Positions 52,205-62,403 of a DNA stretch of 64,000 nt are shown piece by piece. The position numbers and the translations under genes were made by a program. Each line of letters begins with the position of its first letter. The stretch's first letter is position 1. The notes under the pieces are model-generated. The model worked only from the letters and a program-made list of their open reading frames with translations, was not told where the DNA came from and searched no databases. This DNA is from an uncultured Gemmatimonadales bacterium (lineage in GTDB: Bacteria > Gemmatimonadota > Gemmatimonadetes > Gemmatimonadales > GWC2-71-9). The DNA is taken from assembly GCA_963795085.1 (NCBI GenBank), contig CAWCFX010000001.1, positions 1,280,001 to 1,344,000 on the forward strand. The letters are read 5' to 3'.

Positions 52205-52672
52205 TCAGAAGACCGGCTTGAGGGTCATCAGGACCAGCGCCGCGAGCGGGGTACCGAGGGCCACGCCACCCCAGAGTTCCCACCGCCGGGCAATCCGGTG
52301 GTACTGGGCGTAGTCAAAGGCGCCCTGGCTGCCGCGCTCGGCCATGTCGTGCAGCTGCCGCTGGAGCGGTGCCACCCGGGCCATGAAGGCAAGCCCGGAA
52401 ATGGTGAACAGGATGATGCTCCAGAGGATCCAGCCGGTGCCGAAGATCGGCTGGCCGCCGGCCATGGCGGTGGCGATGCCGGCCAGCACGATGAAGAGCA
52501 CTCCGGGCAGGGTGAACAGACGGTCGCTCCGGATGATGCCCTTCATCGTGTGGGCCAGCAGGCGGGGATCCCGGGTCCGGGCTGCGTGGGCGTGCCAGAA
52601 GAGCCCGGTGACGATGTTGCCAAGGAACGCGATCACCGCGACGAGGTGGGCGAGCTTGTACCAGAGATACAT
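52205..52672 (-). CDS. DUF2269-like integral membrane protein
   Basis: KLAHLVAVIAFLGN, DRLFTLPG, terminal LMTLKP; about four TM segments. Confidence 0.7.
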   Translation of the reverse strand: MYLWYKLAHLVAVIAFLGNIVTGLFWHAHAARTRDPRLLAHTMKGIIRSDRLFTLPGVLFIVLAGIATAMAGGQPIFGTGWILWSIILFTISGLAFMARVAPLQRQLHDMAERGSQGAFDYAQYHRIARRWELWGGVALGTPLAALVLMTLKPVF

Positions 52673-52868
52673 GAGTGCCCCGGAGAAGCGTGAGAGGTGA
52701 CTGCTCCCCAAGGTATCCGACGGCATCCCGGCGGCAAGCCCGGCAGTCCAGCCCATCCGCTTGGTCGCAGGCGTCCAGTTGCGAACTATTCCATCCGCCT
52801 TCCCCGGACCAGGCGAAAATCCCCGGTCCGGCCACCCCGGGTGGGGAGGCCCCCGAATGCGTGCGACC

Positions 52869-54293
52869 TCATGGCTTGTCCGCGGGCGTGATGTTGCGGT
52901 TGGTGCGGAACACGTTCTCGGGATCCCATTTCGCCTTGATCCTGGCCAGGCGGCGCAGGTTGTCGCCCAGGGCCGCCTCGGTGCGCTCCGGTCCTTCGTC
53001 TTCGGTCAGGAAATTGATATAGGTCCCGCCGGTCGAGAAGGATTTCATGTCGTTCCATGCTGCGCGGGCCCACTCCATGTTCTGCCGGTCCGCCTCCGGC
53101 TTTTCCCATGCGCCCGCGATGTTGAGCACGTGGCGGGCCCCGCGATTGCCCACCGCCGAGTGTCCCTCGTCCCCCCGGTTCAGCGCGCCCTCGACCTGGA
53201 AGAAGATGACGGCGGAGTGGGGGGAGGGAATGCGGGCGGCATGGGTCATGAACTTGTCGCACAGCCCGGGCTCGATGCCCGGAAGGTATTCGCTCTTCCA
53301 GTAGTACCGCCGGCCCTTGGGCTGGGTTCCGTCCAGCAGGGACTGCATCTGGGCATAGGGCCGCCGCACCAGCGCGTCGCCGGCGGGCTTGCCATGGGCC
53401 TTGATGGGGGCGACGATACGCTCGCCTTCGGCCGGGTCGCCGCTGTAACAGGCCAGGATCGCGACGATGGGCTGGCCGTGCATTTCCTTCGGGAGCCACG
53501 GCGCCGGCGGGGCCGGCCGCATGAACACGACGAGGGTCAACTCGGGCGGCGCGCTGGCGGCGAGGGTCCGGTACAGTTCCAGCACGCCGGGCGCCTCGCT
53601 GGCCGGCCAGGCGATCGGGCCGCCGACAATGTCCGGGCCGACGGGGTAGAGCCGATAGTCGATTCCGGTCACAATCCCGAAATTTCCGCCGCCGCCCCGG
53701 AGGCCCCAGAACAGGTCCGGATTCTCCGTGTCGCTCGCCCGTACCGCTCGTCCGTCCGCCGTGACGACATCCATCCCGATCACGCTATCCGACGTCCAGC
53801 CCCAGCGGCGGGTCAGGTAACCGAACCCGCCGCCCAGGGTGAGCCCGGCAATGCCGGTGAGCGAGATGAATCCCAGGACGGTCGCGAGGCCGTGCACCTG
53901 GGTCTCGCGATCCACGTCGCCCAGCAGGCAGCCGGCCTGGGCCCGGGCCACTTTCGCCTGCGGGTCCACCCAGACTCCCCGCATGAGCGACATGTCGAGC
54001 ATCAGGGCCCCGTCCGCGACGGCCAGGCCGGCGATATTGTGGCCGCCGCCCTTCATGCACAGGAGCAGCCGGTGTTCCCGGGCGAATTGAACACAGGCGA
54101 TCACGTCGGCGGTGCCGATGCAGCGGGCCACGAGCGCCGGCTTCCGGTCGATCATCCCGTTCCACACCGTGCGTGACTCCTCGTAGCCGGCGTCGCCGGG
54201 AAGCAACAGCGGTCCGCGCAATCGCAGGCGCAGGGCATCGAGGAGGCCCGGGGCCAGGTCGATCTCGCGGCCGTCAGTGGTAATGGCTTTCAT
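52869..54293 (-). CDS. FAD-binding oxidoreductase (berberine bridge enzyme-like)
   Basis: VWNGMIDRKP, GGGHN, TGIAGLTLGGG, DLFWGLRGGGGNFGIVT, YINF, KAKWDPENVFRTNRNI. Confidence 0.92.
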   Translation of the reverse strand: MKAITTDGREIDLAPGLLDALRLRLRGPLLLPGDAGYEESRTVWNGMIDRKPALVARCIGTADVIACVQFAREHRLLLCMKGGGHNIAGLAVADGALMLDMSLMRGVWVDPQAKVARAQAGCLLGDVDRETQVHGLATVLGFISLTGIAGLTLGGGFGYLTRRWGWTSDSVIGMDVVTADGRAVRASDTENPDLFWGLRGGGGNFGIVTGIDYRLYPVGPDIVGGPIAWPASEAPGVLELYRTLAASAPPELTLVVFMRPAPPAPWLPKEMHGQPIVAILACYSGDPAEGERIVAPIKAHGKPAGDALVRRPYAQMQSLLDGTQPKGRRYYWKSEYLPGIEPGLCDKFMTHAARIPSPHSAVIFFQVEGALNRGDEGHSAVGNRGARHVLNIAGAWEKPEADRQNMEWARAAWNDMKSFSTGGTYINFLTEDEGPERTEAALGDNLRRLARIKAKWDPENVFRTNRNITPADKP

Positions 54294-54471
54294 GGTTTTT
54301 CCTTCAATAGCGCCGCAGGGGCAGGACGGAGACGGTGTCCTTATTGGTAATCGCCCGGGCGGTGAGACTCAAGCCAACGGCACGAGGGCCTGGCCGCCAC
54401 GTTCGGCCATTTCGTGCAACTGCCGGCGGCAAGGCCGGAATGCCGGCATGCCCGCGCGCTCGTGCGCCGGG

Positions 54472-55185
54472 CTAGTCCGCCGCGATACGCCGGGCCACCC
54501 GTCCGCTGTCGTCGAGAAACTCGATGCCGGCCCTGCCCACGCTGTCCACGACCATCCGGAGCCGTTCCACCCCTCCGGCATCATGCAGGCTTACCCGGGC
54601 GGCGCCGTCGTGGCGGGAGCGCCCGACATAGACCCGGGGCCGTGCCCTGGCATCCTCCTGAAGCCGGCGTTGCGCGGCTGACCGGCCGGGGCCTTCGGGG
54701 AGCGACTGGATGGAATCGAGCCTGCGATACAGCGCGGCAGTGGTCGGGCCCGGGTAGTCCAGGATGCTGAGGCCGGCCCGCCGGGTCCCCCCGTCCTCGA
54801 TGACCTGGAGCGCGAGGGTCTGATCCCGCTCGTACTGGTCAAAGGTCAGGCTGCCCACCGAGGTCGTCCGCCCGTTCTCGGTCTTGCCCGAAAAGGTGAG
54901 GCCGCCGTTCTCGGTTTGCTCGTCATTGTAGAAAACGATCCCGGGCCGGCCGCCGGCCGGGCGGCCGATCGCTTCCCCGCGATGGAGGACCCGGGGTGAA
55001 CGTGCGCTGTTGGCGATCACCATGCGGATGCGCCCGTCGGGTTCGACCAGGTTGATCCGTTCTACATCGATTTCGGTCATGCGCTCATGTCCCGGCTGGC
55101 GGGTCAGGCCGAGCGTCAGCAGGATGCCAGCGACCAGGAACAGGGACGACGAACCAACCTCAACCAGCGGCAAGCGGGCGGGCAT
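54472..55185 (-). CDS. Conserved hypothetical membrane-anchored protein
   Basis: N-terminal TM segment, EIDVERINLVEPDGRIRMVI, FYNDEQTENGGL, FDQYERDQ, IEFLDDSG. Confidence 0.7.
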   Translation of the reverse strand: MPARLPLVEVGSSSLFLVAGILLTLGLTRQPGHERMTEIDVERINLVEPDGRIRMVIANSARSPRVLHRGEAIGRPAGGRPGIVFYNDEQTENGGLTFSGKTENGRTTSVGSLTFDQYERDQTLALQVIEDGGTRRAGLSILDYPGPTTAALYRRLDSIQSLPEGPGRSAAQRRLQEDARARPRVYVGRSRHDGAARVSLHDAGGVERLRMVVDSVGRAGIEFLDDSGRVARRIAAD

Positions 55186-55244
55186 GACGGGCTCCTCTGA
55201 ATGGATCGTCGGAGGGACAGGATGCGAAGGGTCCCGGGTTAAAT

Positions 55245-55532
55245 CTAGGGGTGGTAGCCGAGCGTCGGCCTGTACCGCTGTAACTCGCTTTGGATGTTCT
55301 CAACCAGGGTGGAGAGGGGAACACCCGCGGGTGGCGGCTGCTGGCCCGGCCGGGGAGCCAGGACGACGGTGCGCACGTAAGGGCCCGGGGCCTGCTGCCC
55401 GTGGCCAGTTGTCGGAGCGGCGAGGAGCGAGCCCGCTATCACGGCTCGGCACAAATAAGTCAGGCGCTGCAGGGCGATACTCCGGGAAGTCCGGTCTCGC
55501 GATTCGCGGGACACCCCCGACGTACGGGTCAT
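55245..55532 (-). pseudogene. Possible internally deleted secreted-protein gene
   Basis: Signal-like segment plus GPYVRTVVLAPRPGQ joined almost directly to a C-terminal-like SELQRYRPTLGYHP; only ~95 codons. Confidence 0.3.
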
Positions 55533-55560
55533 CGAACGCAAAGTTCCCCGGGCCGTCTCC

Positions 55561-56991
55561 TCAGCGCCGTCGCGTGCCGGTGGTGACCCGGAAAATGGAC
55601 AGCCAGTGGAGTTGCTCGAACGGTCCCGAGGGACCGGCGGTGAAGCCGATCCATACGTCCTGGCCCGGCACATAGAACTGGCTTCCGCTAAGCCGGTACG
55701 CGGGGTATTCGATGCCCTCGCCAATCCGGACCATGGCATGCCTTCCGTTCCGGGTGATCACCAGGTTCCCCACGCCGTCCACGGCATACCTGCCGGCAAT
55801 CGCGTCCAGCTCCCCTGCGCCGAAGGGGCTGTACTCCGGGACCTGGATCGCGGCCGGGGTCCTCCCTTCCATTATGTCCATCAGGGCCCGGGTGAGCAGC
55901 GGCCGGAGCCACTGGGGGATGCTGTTGTTGCTGACGTAGATGACCGAATAGCCCTGGTCCTCGTCGCGATAGGCGGAACTCCAGAATCCCTGGAGCGATC
56001 CCGGGTAGTGGTAGCGCCGCCCCTGGCCGGGGTAGTACCAGCCGAGCAGGTTGATACCCGAACGTCCGCCATACCCGGTGGCCGGGTCGCGAAGCGTCAC
56101 GGCATCCCCTCCCCGGGCAAGGGTTTCGCGCTGCAGTATCGGCCGGGTGTAGAAGGACTGGCTCCACCGGTACAGGTCGCGCGCCGAGAAGTACAGGTTC
56201 GACCCGCCGTAAAATCCTTCGTTGTCGAAGACGTCCTCGACCACCAGGCTGTCGCCATCCGGGCGGTAGCTCATCGTCCGGACACCCTGCCAGTCGCCCA
56301 GCCTGGGCCAGCGGAGGAACGTGTTATCCAAATGAAGTGGCCCGAACACCCGCTCCTGGAGAAAGGCGTCCCAGCGCTGCCCGGTCAGCCGTTCGACTAC
56401 GAGAACGGCGACGTCGAAGCCGATGCTGCTGTACCGGAAGCGGGTGCCCGGTTCGAAATCCAGGGGAACCGCCTGCTGGCGCAGCAGGTTGACCAGCAGC
56501 GCCGTCGTCCTGACCTGGTCGGCCGGCATCAGGTCGTTGAAGAAGTCGTACTCGGCCTCGGGCAGCCCGGTGGTGTGGCTGATCAGGTCCCGGACCCGGG
56601 TCTGGGGATGAGGATACTCCGGGAGATGCTGCTGGACCCGGTCGTCGAGCTTCAGCCGGTCTTCCTGCACCAGCATGAACACCGAGGCCGCCGCCAGGGT
56701 CTTGGTGATGGAAGCTCCATCGGCCGGAGTATCCGGCGTGAAGGCCACGCCGGCCGCCAGGTTGGCCGGCCCGAAGCCCCGGGCGTACAGCGGCTCGCCG
56801 GTGCGGCCCAGCACCACGGCCCCGTTGAAGAGCCCGCGTTCATGAAGAGACAGGAGGAGGCTGTCGGCCCTGGCTCGAACCCTGTCCGCCGGCGTTTGCG
56901 CCGTGAGACAGGGGCCGGCGAGCGTCACCAGCAGGGCCGCGAGACCGCAGGGCCGCATCATGGCAGCAGTCATAGGCAGGGTTCGTTTCAT
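55561..56991 (-). CDS. Serine hydrolase (beta-lactamase class C-like)
   Basis: Signal peptide, FNGAVV, SITK (SxxK), LISHTTGL, FEPGTRFRYSS, SARDLYRW. Confidence 0.88.
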   Translation of the reverse strand: MKRTLPMTAAMMRPCGLAALLVTLAGPCLTAQTPADRVRARADSLLLSLHERGLFNGAVVLGRTGEPLYARGFGPANLAAGVAFTPDTPADGASITKTLAAASVFMLVQEDRLKLDDRVQQHLPEYPHPQTRVRDLISHTTGLPEAEYDFFNDLMPADQVRTTALLVNLLRQQAVPLDFEPGTRFRYSSIGFDVAVLVVERLTGQRWDAFLQERVFGPLHLDNTFLRWPRLGDWQGVRTMSYRPDGDSLVVEDVFDNEGFYGGSNLYFSARDLYRWSQSFYTRPILQRETLARGGDAVTLRDPATGYGGRSGINLLGWYYPGQGRRYHYPGSLQGFWSSAYRDEDQGYSVIYVSNNSIPQWLRPLLTRALMDIMEGRTPAAIQVPEYSPFGAGELDAIAGRYAVDGVGNLVITRNGRHAMVRIGEGIEYPAYRLSGSQFYVPGQDVWIGFTAGPSGPFEQLHWLSIFRVTTGTRRR

Positions 56992-57081
56992 GTCAGGGTC
57001 GAATTGTTGTGTTCGACCGAGGGCGAGCCTGGCCGAATCCAGTTGTCGAGGGTCAGACGCAGATCTCCGTCACCGGAGCGC

Positions 57082-57122
57082 CATCCCGGAGCATGCGATA
57101 GGGACCCAGGGTCTCCGGGATG
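57082..57122. repeat. Intergenic 10-bp perfect inverted repeat (REP-like hairpin)
   Basis: CATCCCGGAG (57082-91) / CTCCGGGATG (57113-22). Nearby small hairpins at 56997-57018 and 57065-57078. Confidence 0.4.
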
Positions 57123-57236
57123 TCGAGCAGAGTAACCTGGAGGCTGATCGACTGTCCCGCCAGGTTTCCCCAGTCGCGGGCGGGATGGGGACCCGTCGGC
57201 CCGGACGGGGTTACACTGCCGGGAAGAGCCAGGGGC

Positions 57237-58925
57237 TCACCTTCGGGCGTCCGGCGGGACTCGTGGCGGCGAGCCTCCACCGGTGACCGCGAGCAACTCG
57301 GCATAGAAGGCCCGGGACCGGGTCTCGTCGCCGCTGTCCCGGGCGGCCCGCGCCGCGCCCAGGAGGCTGTTGAATCGCCGCGGATACAGGTCCAGCGACC
57401 GCTGGTAGGCGGCCAGCGCGTCGGCGGGATGGGACTGTTCCATCAGCATGTCTCCCAGGAGTTCCCACCCGGGAAGGGTGGGCGCCGGGGTGACCGCGTG
57501 TTTGGGGGTCGCGGCTTCCAGCTCGGCCGCCTGCCGCAGGAGTGCCAGGGCGCCGGCCTGGTTGCCGGTGGCGTGCGCGACCCACCCTTCCAGCTCGAGC
57601 CGCAGCACCTGGATGTTCCGGGCGAACAGGGTTTCGCCGGACCGTTCGGCTGCATCCTGCAGCGCTCGAAGACGGGCCACCGCCGTCCCCGCGTCCGCCC
57701 TGTCGCCGAGGTGGGCAGCGCCCAGCCCGCGGGCAAACCAGGTCACCGCCTCCGGCCAGGGAAACTGGTCCCATGCGAGCGCCGGCGGATCCCGCGGCGC
57801 CAGGCCCGCGGCGAGGGCCCAGTCCCCCCGCTCAAGCGCGTACCTCGCCCGCGTGCTCGCCAGGTGAAAGGCTGTCTTGAAAGTTGGCTGGAGATTGGGG
57901 GTCCGCTCCAGCCGGGCCACTTGCGCCGCCGCGGAATCATCCTTGCCTTGCTGCAGATAGGCGTACACCAGGTATTCGACGGCGTGGGGAAACTCGTCCC
58001 AGACGAATTGGCCCCGGTCGCCCGCCGGGCTGGCGAGGGCCGCTTCCGCCGCCCGGCGGTTTCCCTCGACCACACGGTCCCATTCACCGAGACGGGTGTA
58101 GATGTGCGTGGGCATGTGCAGGGCGTGGGGATTCTCCGGGGCGACGGTCTCGTATTGCCGGGTGATGTCCGGGGATTCCCGTTCCCGGCCCGGCGCATCG
58201 TTGGCATGCACCAGGTAGTGCATCGCACCGGGGTGGTGGGGATTCTTCCGGTACACGGTCAACAGCAGGGCCGCGGCGCGGTCCGCGTCTCCCGACCGGG
58301 TGGTGTCGGACGGGGCCACGGCGAGGAGCGCCAGCGCATGGAAGGCGGTGATTTCGGGGTCGGCGGGGTAGGCCGCATGCGCCGCGGCCATGGCCTCCTT
58401 CCACCGGCGAATGCGCAACCAGTAGTCGGCCGAGTCCGGGTCACGGAAGAAGGCCGCGGCGGCTTCCACCAGCGAGCGTTCCCGCCCGCTGGGAGGCGCG
58501 AGGGACCGGGCCCGCCCGACCGCCTCCCACCCTCGCCGGAGTTCCGCATTCCCCGGACGGGTGGGCCAGAGTGGCTGAAACAGCGTCATCGCAATCCCCC
58601 AGTGGGCCATGGCGCACCGGGTATCTCGTTGAGCCGCCTGCTCGAAGGCCTCTCGCGCGCGCGGGTAGGTCATGTGGTGAAGGAGGGCCACGCCGCGGGT
58701 GAAGTCTTCCTGCGCGGCGGGCGAACAGGACACGGGGAAGCGAACCGTACCCAGGCCAGGGGGTGCGTGGTCCTGGCCCCCGACTCTGCTCGTGACCGAC
58801 AGGACGAGAAAGCTGATGGCCAGCGCGGCGCGGCCGGCGCGAAACCGGGGCAGAGGCCGGCGGGGTGGTCTGTACCTGAGGTTTACGATCACGTTATTCC
58901 GGATGAAGTTCCGCCCCGCGCCCAT
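57237..58925 (-). CDS. Secreted TPR-like repeat protein
   Basis: LGTVRFPVSC, GVALLHHM, CAMAHWGIAM, HPGAMHYLVHAND, HALHMPTHIY, YPRRFNSL. True start probably downstream of 58925. Confidence 0.8.
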   Translation of the reverse strand: MGAGRNFIRNNVIVNLRYRPPRRPLPRFRAGRAALAISFLVLSVTSRVGGQDHAPPGLGTVRFPVSCSPAAQEDFTRGVALLHHMTYPRAREAFEQAAQRDTRCAMAHWGIAMTLFQPLWPTRPGNAELRRGWEAVGRARSLAPPSGRERSLVEAAAAFFRDPDSADYWLRIRRWKEAMAAAHAAYPADPEITAFHALALLAVAPSDTTRSGDADRAAALLLTVYRKNPHHPGAMHYLVHANDAPGRERESPDITRQYETVAPENPHALHMPTHIYTRLGEWDRVVEGNRRAAEAALASPAGDRGQFVWDEFPHAVEYLVYAYLQQGKDDSAAAQVARLERTPNLQPTFKTAFHLASTRARYALERGDWALAAGLAPRDPPALAWDQFPWPEAVTWFARGLGAAHLGDRADAGTAVARLRALQDAAERSGETLFARNIQVLRLELEGWVAHATGNQAGALALLRQAAELEAATPKHAVTPAPTLPGWELLGDMLMEQSHPADALAAYQRSLDLYPRRFNSLLGAARAARDSGDETRSRAFYAELLAVTGGGSPPRVPPDARR

Positions 58926-58927
58926 AC

Positions 58928-60205
58928 TCAGCGGGACACGAAGATCTCGAAAAACGCCTGGGCGAAGGGGGAGCGTTCGACCTCGGCGTCACCCAGCGGG
59001 TTATCCCACCATACGCCTTCGCTGTTGGCCAGCAGGATGAAGGTAAGCCCCAGGTCCGGGATCTTGAGGTACAACGCCGAATAGGCGTCCTCCCACCAGC
59101 CGGAATGCCAGGCCACCATGTGCCCGGCAGCCTTCTGCACAAACCAGCCGACGCCGTAGGGCAGGGGGGTGCCATTGTTCGCCTGATGGGGTGTCAGCAT
59201 CATCTCCCGCCAACCGGGAGAAATCAGCACGCCACCGTCCAGCGCGAGATCGAACTTCACCAGGTCCAGCACGGTCGTGATCACTCCGCCCGCGGCGCCA
59301 TCGCCCTGGGCCGGGCGCGGTGGAGCCCGCTCCAGCGCACCCGACGGACCCACCCGGTGGGGGGGCGCCAGCCGGCGGACGAGCTCCTCCCTCAGCGGCA
59401 GGTCGCGGTGAACCCGGGCCGACTGGGTCATGCCGGCTGGCCTGAATACGTAGCGTTCGACGAGCTCGGAGAACCCGGTGTCCGTCACGGCCATGATGGG
59501 GCGCGATGCCCAGGAAAACAGCACCGGGTTGTAGGAGAAGCGGGTACCGGGAATGCCCGTCGCCGTGTGTGTCAGCAGGTGCCGCAGGGTGTGAATCGGA
59601 GGTTGGCAGCGAAGGTCCCTGGCGAAGATGGATGGCTGCCGGCTGAATGCCTCGCAGAAGTCAGCCCATTCACTGTATTCTGCCATCGGCCGGTCCAGCT
59701 GGAGCCGCCCGTCCTCCGCCAGGCGAAGCGCGACCACCGCCGAGATCGGTTTGCTGACCGAGGCGATGTCGTAGACCGTCTCGGCGCTTGCCGGTATCCC
59801 CGCTTCGAGGTCGGCCTCGCCCAATCCCGCCGCGATCACCAACTCCCCGCGTCGTACCACCGCGAAGGACAGCCCGGGAATGTGCTGAGCCCGGCGGAGG
59901 GAATCGAGCCGGTGGACGAAGGTGGCGATGTCGGGCCGCGCGGACGCCGGCGCCGCCTGGCTCTGCAGGGTGCCGGCGCCGGCGGCGAACAGCGGGACGA
60001 GGGCCGTCGCGATCCGGATGTTACACCCGCTCGCGTATCGGTGGGCCCTGGTTTCGATGCCAGTAGCCGACGTCGATCCACTGGCCGAACTTGATCCCCA
60101 CTTCCGGGAAATGGGCCCCTTGCGTCGCCGCTGGCGAACTGCAGCACGGCCACCAGGTGCACGGCCGATGTGTGACGGTGGCGATCCTGAAAAGGCGCCG
60201 CTCAA
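58928..60205 (-). CDS. Serine hydrolase (beta-lactamase class C-like)
   Basis: IPGLSFAVV, IASVSKP (SxxK), LRHLLTHT, FSYN, AAGGV, YGVGW, WHSG. Start uncertain. Confidence 0.85.
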   Translation of the reverse strand: MSGAFSGSPPSHIGRAPGGRAAVRQRRRKGPISRKWGSSSASGSTSATGIETRAHRYASGCNIRIATALVPLFAAGAGTLQSQAAPASARPDIATFVHRLDSLRRAQHIPGLSFAVVRRGELVIAAGLGEADLEAGIPASAETVYDIASVSKPISAVVALRLAEDGRLQLDRPMAEYSEWADFCEAFSRQPSIFARDLRCQPPIHTLRHLLTHTATGIPGTRFSYNPVLFSWASRPIMAVTDTGFSELVERYVFRPAGMTQSARVHRDLPLREELVRRLAPPHRVGPSGALERAPPRPAQGDGAAGGVITTVLDLVKFDLALDGGVLISPGWREMMLTPHQANNGTPLPYGVGWFVQKAAGHMVAWHSGWWEDAYSALYLKIPDLGLTFILLANSEGVWWDNPLGDAEVERSPFAQAFFEIFVSR

Positions 60206-60690
60206 TGAGTCACCGGTGCCAGCTGGAAACGGCCCTCAGCGGTCGGCCCGATGAAGGACACGTAGCTCCAGGCTCCCACCAGGCGGTCCCCTTGCCAGCG
60301 GCCCAGGAGACCGACGTTGTTGTCGGCGTTGCCGGGGGAAAGGTCCACCAGGACCCCTTCGGGGGTCGTCGCGGCCCGAAGTGCTCCGCTTCCCACCTGG
60401 GGACCGACCTTGGTCCTCCGGTCGGCTCCTTCGGCCCACTCGATCGTCCACGTGCCCCGGGTCCGCCAGTCGCAGCAGGCTCCCCCGCCATCAGACGTGT
60501 CTGCCGGGACCGAGACTTCTACCGCTTCCATTACCAGGGTGCCACGGAGCACCGGACGGCCCGCACCGTCCCTGGCTTCGTACTCATAGGTCCCGGGGGC
60601 AACGGTGCCCAGCGCCAGATTTGACCCGGCCGGGTCGCGGCCTGTGCATGCGACCAGGCAAACGACAATGACGGCGATCAGCCTTGGCAT
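60202..60690 (-). CDS. Hypothetical lipoprotein
   Basis: MPRLIAVIVVCLVAC signal with GGAGG RBS; VDLSPGNADNNV, GAWSY. Confidence 0.7.
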   Translation of the reverse strand: MPRLIAVIVVCLVACTGRDPAGSNLALGTVAPGTYEYEARDGAGRPVLRGTLVMEAVEVSVPADTSDGGGACCDWRTRGTWTIEWAEGADRRTKVGPQVGSGALRAATTPEGVLVDLSPGNADNNVGLLGRWQGDRLVGAWSYVSFIGPTAEGRFQLAPVTH

Positions 60691-60854
60691 ATCCCCTCCA
60701 TGATTGGCATGACCGGGAGACTCCTCCCGCCGGCGCGGGGTCACAGCCCCGAGAGCGCCAGCGGGACCCCCTTCCCACGCTTCTGCCGGAACCCGCGCCG
60801 GTGACCGCGAGAGCAGGTTCGCGTAGCAGGTCCGGGCCCGGGCGGGCCGCCCCA

Positions 60855-61379
60855 TTAACTGAGACGCTTGTAGAAGATCACGGCATCGTGGGGGGTGCCG
60901 TCGTTGTCCAGGGCGAACCCGGGAATGCAGCCCGCTTCGGTCCAGGCCCGTCGGCGATAGAGCCGCTCCGCGGTGTCTCCTCGCCGGGTATCGAGGGTCA
61001 GCAGGGTGATCCCTTGTTCCGCCGAGACCCGTTCGATTGCCTCCATCAGCCGGGTGCCCAATCCTCCGCGGCGCGCCCCGCGATCCACCAGCAGCTTGGC
61101 GATGTCGCCCCGGTGCGGCTGGTTGGGCGCCCAGGCCGGCTGCATCTGCACGGTGCCCACGATGCCCCGTTCATCGCGTGCCACCAGGACCAGCGGACCC
61201 GGTGTGCGGTCGAACACCCCTCGCCACCAGTGGCGCGCCGTATCGAGGGGAAGCGGGGCCAGGAAGCTGGCCGCGGCGCCGCCCTCCACCGCATCCACCA
61301 GCAGCCGGGCCAGGTCGTCGAGGTCACCACCGGTGGGTGCCAGGAGCCGCTCGATGCGTGGACCGGCCGGCGCGATCAC
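60855..61379 (-). CDS. GNAT N-acetyltransferase
   Basis: DAVEGGA, PNQPHRGDIAKLLV...RRGGLG, LLTLDT, AERLY. Confidence 0.88.
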   Translation of the reverse strand: MIAPAGPRIERLLAPTGGDLDDLARLLVDAVEGGAAASFLAPLPLDTARHWWRGVFDRTPGPLVLVARDERGIVGTVQMQPAWAPNQPHRGDIAKLLVDRGARRGGLGTRLMEAIERVSAEQGITLLTLDTRRGDTAERLYRRRAWTEAGCIPGFALDNDGTPHDAVIFYKRLS

Positions 61380-61711
61380 CCGAGGTTCTCCTGGATGAAG
61401 CGGGGACTCAGGTGGACATCAACCTGGACCAGGGGATCGGTGCCGATACAGCGAAAGCCATGGACTTCTCCCGCCTTGATGACCAGGATATCGCCGGCGC
61501 CCGCCTCGAAGCTCTCTCCGTCGACCGTCCAGAGCCCGCGCCCCTCCAGGATGAATTGGACCTCGTCGTACGGGTGGCGATGGGGGCCGGGTCCTTGCCC
61601 GGCCTCACCGCGAAAGAGGAACGTCGAAATTCCTACATCCCCGTGCGTGGCGCCAACGAAGTGGTGCGAACTGCCGCGGAAGGGCAGGTCCTGTTGCCGG
61701 GTTCGGTACAC
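61376..61711 (-). CDS. Cupin domain protein
   Basis: GPGPHRHPYDEVQFILEG...AGEVHGF; GTG start after a GGAGGGAG RBS. Confidence 0.82.
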   Translation of the reverse strand: MYRTRQQDLPFRGSSHHFVGATHGDVGISTFLFRGEAGQGPGPHRHPYDEVQFILEGRGLWTVDGESFEAGAGDILVIKAGEVHGFRCIGTDPLVQVDVHLSPRFIQENLG

Positions 61712-61731
61712 GTGGCTCCCTCCGCCGGGGG

Positions 61732-62403
61732 TTACCGCGGTTCGGCGGCCGTTGCGGCCAGCCGGGCGATGATCGTGTCCATCTGCTGCTCCCGCTGCCT
61801 GGCCCACCGCCCGAGCGGAACGATGGCGTAGCCCAGCATGCCGGCACCCAGCGCGGATATGAATACAATAGAGGGAAGGGAGCCGGCGAGGTTCCCCGCA
61901 ACCGCCGCCGTTCCCATCATGGTCGCGGTGACACCCAGGGTGGCAAGGCCGGCCCCGATCAATGGGCGGGCGTTCCCCTTGTAGGTGCGGAGCACCAGCC
62001 GGTGTCCCTCGGGGGTCGGCTCCAGCAGGGCCTGCAGGTTCCCGTTGGTCCACTGGCGGAAGGACCCGTGGGCACTGACCGTGCCCCGGGCCCTGAAGAC
62101 CTCCCGCAACTCCACCACCAGCTGTTCCCACTCGGCCTCGGACAACTTGTGCGGAAGGTTGATGGACCGCTCCACGCCAACCCGGAGCCCGAGGAACCTC
62201 GGGGGAGCCGGCGCGCGGGCCTGGTCCAGCGTCAGCGCGGCCTGGGCCACGGCAGCCGCCGGGATGCCGGCTTCCTGGCCGATCTGCTGAAGGTCGTCCA
62301 GCGTCATCCCTTCCTGGCCGGGCCCCAGGAGGGCGGGTGCCTGGGCGCCTTCGGCGGCCTTCAGAAAGATGCGAGCCGCTTCCTCGTCATTGTATCGGCG
62401 CAT
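61732..62403 (-). CDS. Hypothetical membrane protein
   Basis: RRYNDEEAARIF...GMTLDDLQQIGQEAGI N-terminus and two C-terminal TM segments. Confidence 0.7.
   Translation of the reverse strand: MRRYNDEEAARIFLKAAEGAQAPALLGPGQEGMTLDDLQQIGQEAGIPAAAVAQAALTLDQARAPAPPRFLGLRVGVERSINLPHKLSEAEWEQLVVELREVFRARGTVSAHGSFRQWTNGNLQALLEPTPEGHRLVLRTYKGNARPLIGAGLATLGVTATMMGTAAVAGNLAGSLPSIVFISALGAGMLGYAIVPLGRWARQREQQMDTIIARLAATAAEPR

Noticed and set aside
15484..59084. Other long opposite-strand ORFs (15484-17769, 21269-23749, 25744-27321, 37204-38841, 39039-40979, 55606-57135, 57120-59084)
   Set aside because: Same shadow-ORF artefact. The opposite strand carries recognisable families.
55561..60205. Bona fide antibiotic-resistance beta-lactamases
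   Set aside because: SxxK serine hydrolases of this family are mostly peptidases or esterases. Nothing here supports a true AmpC.
60730..60801. 10-bp inverted repeat CCGGCGCGGG / CCCGCGCCGG
   Set aside because: Pure G/C sequence in a very GC-rich genome, so plausibly chance.
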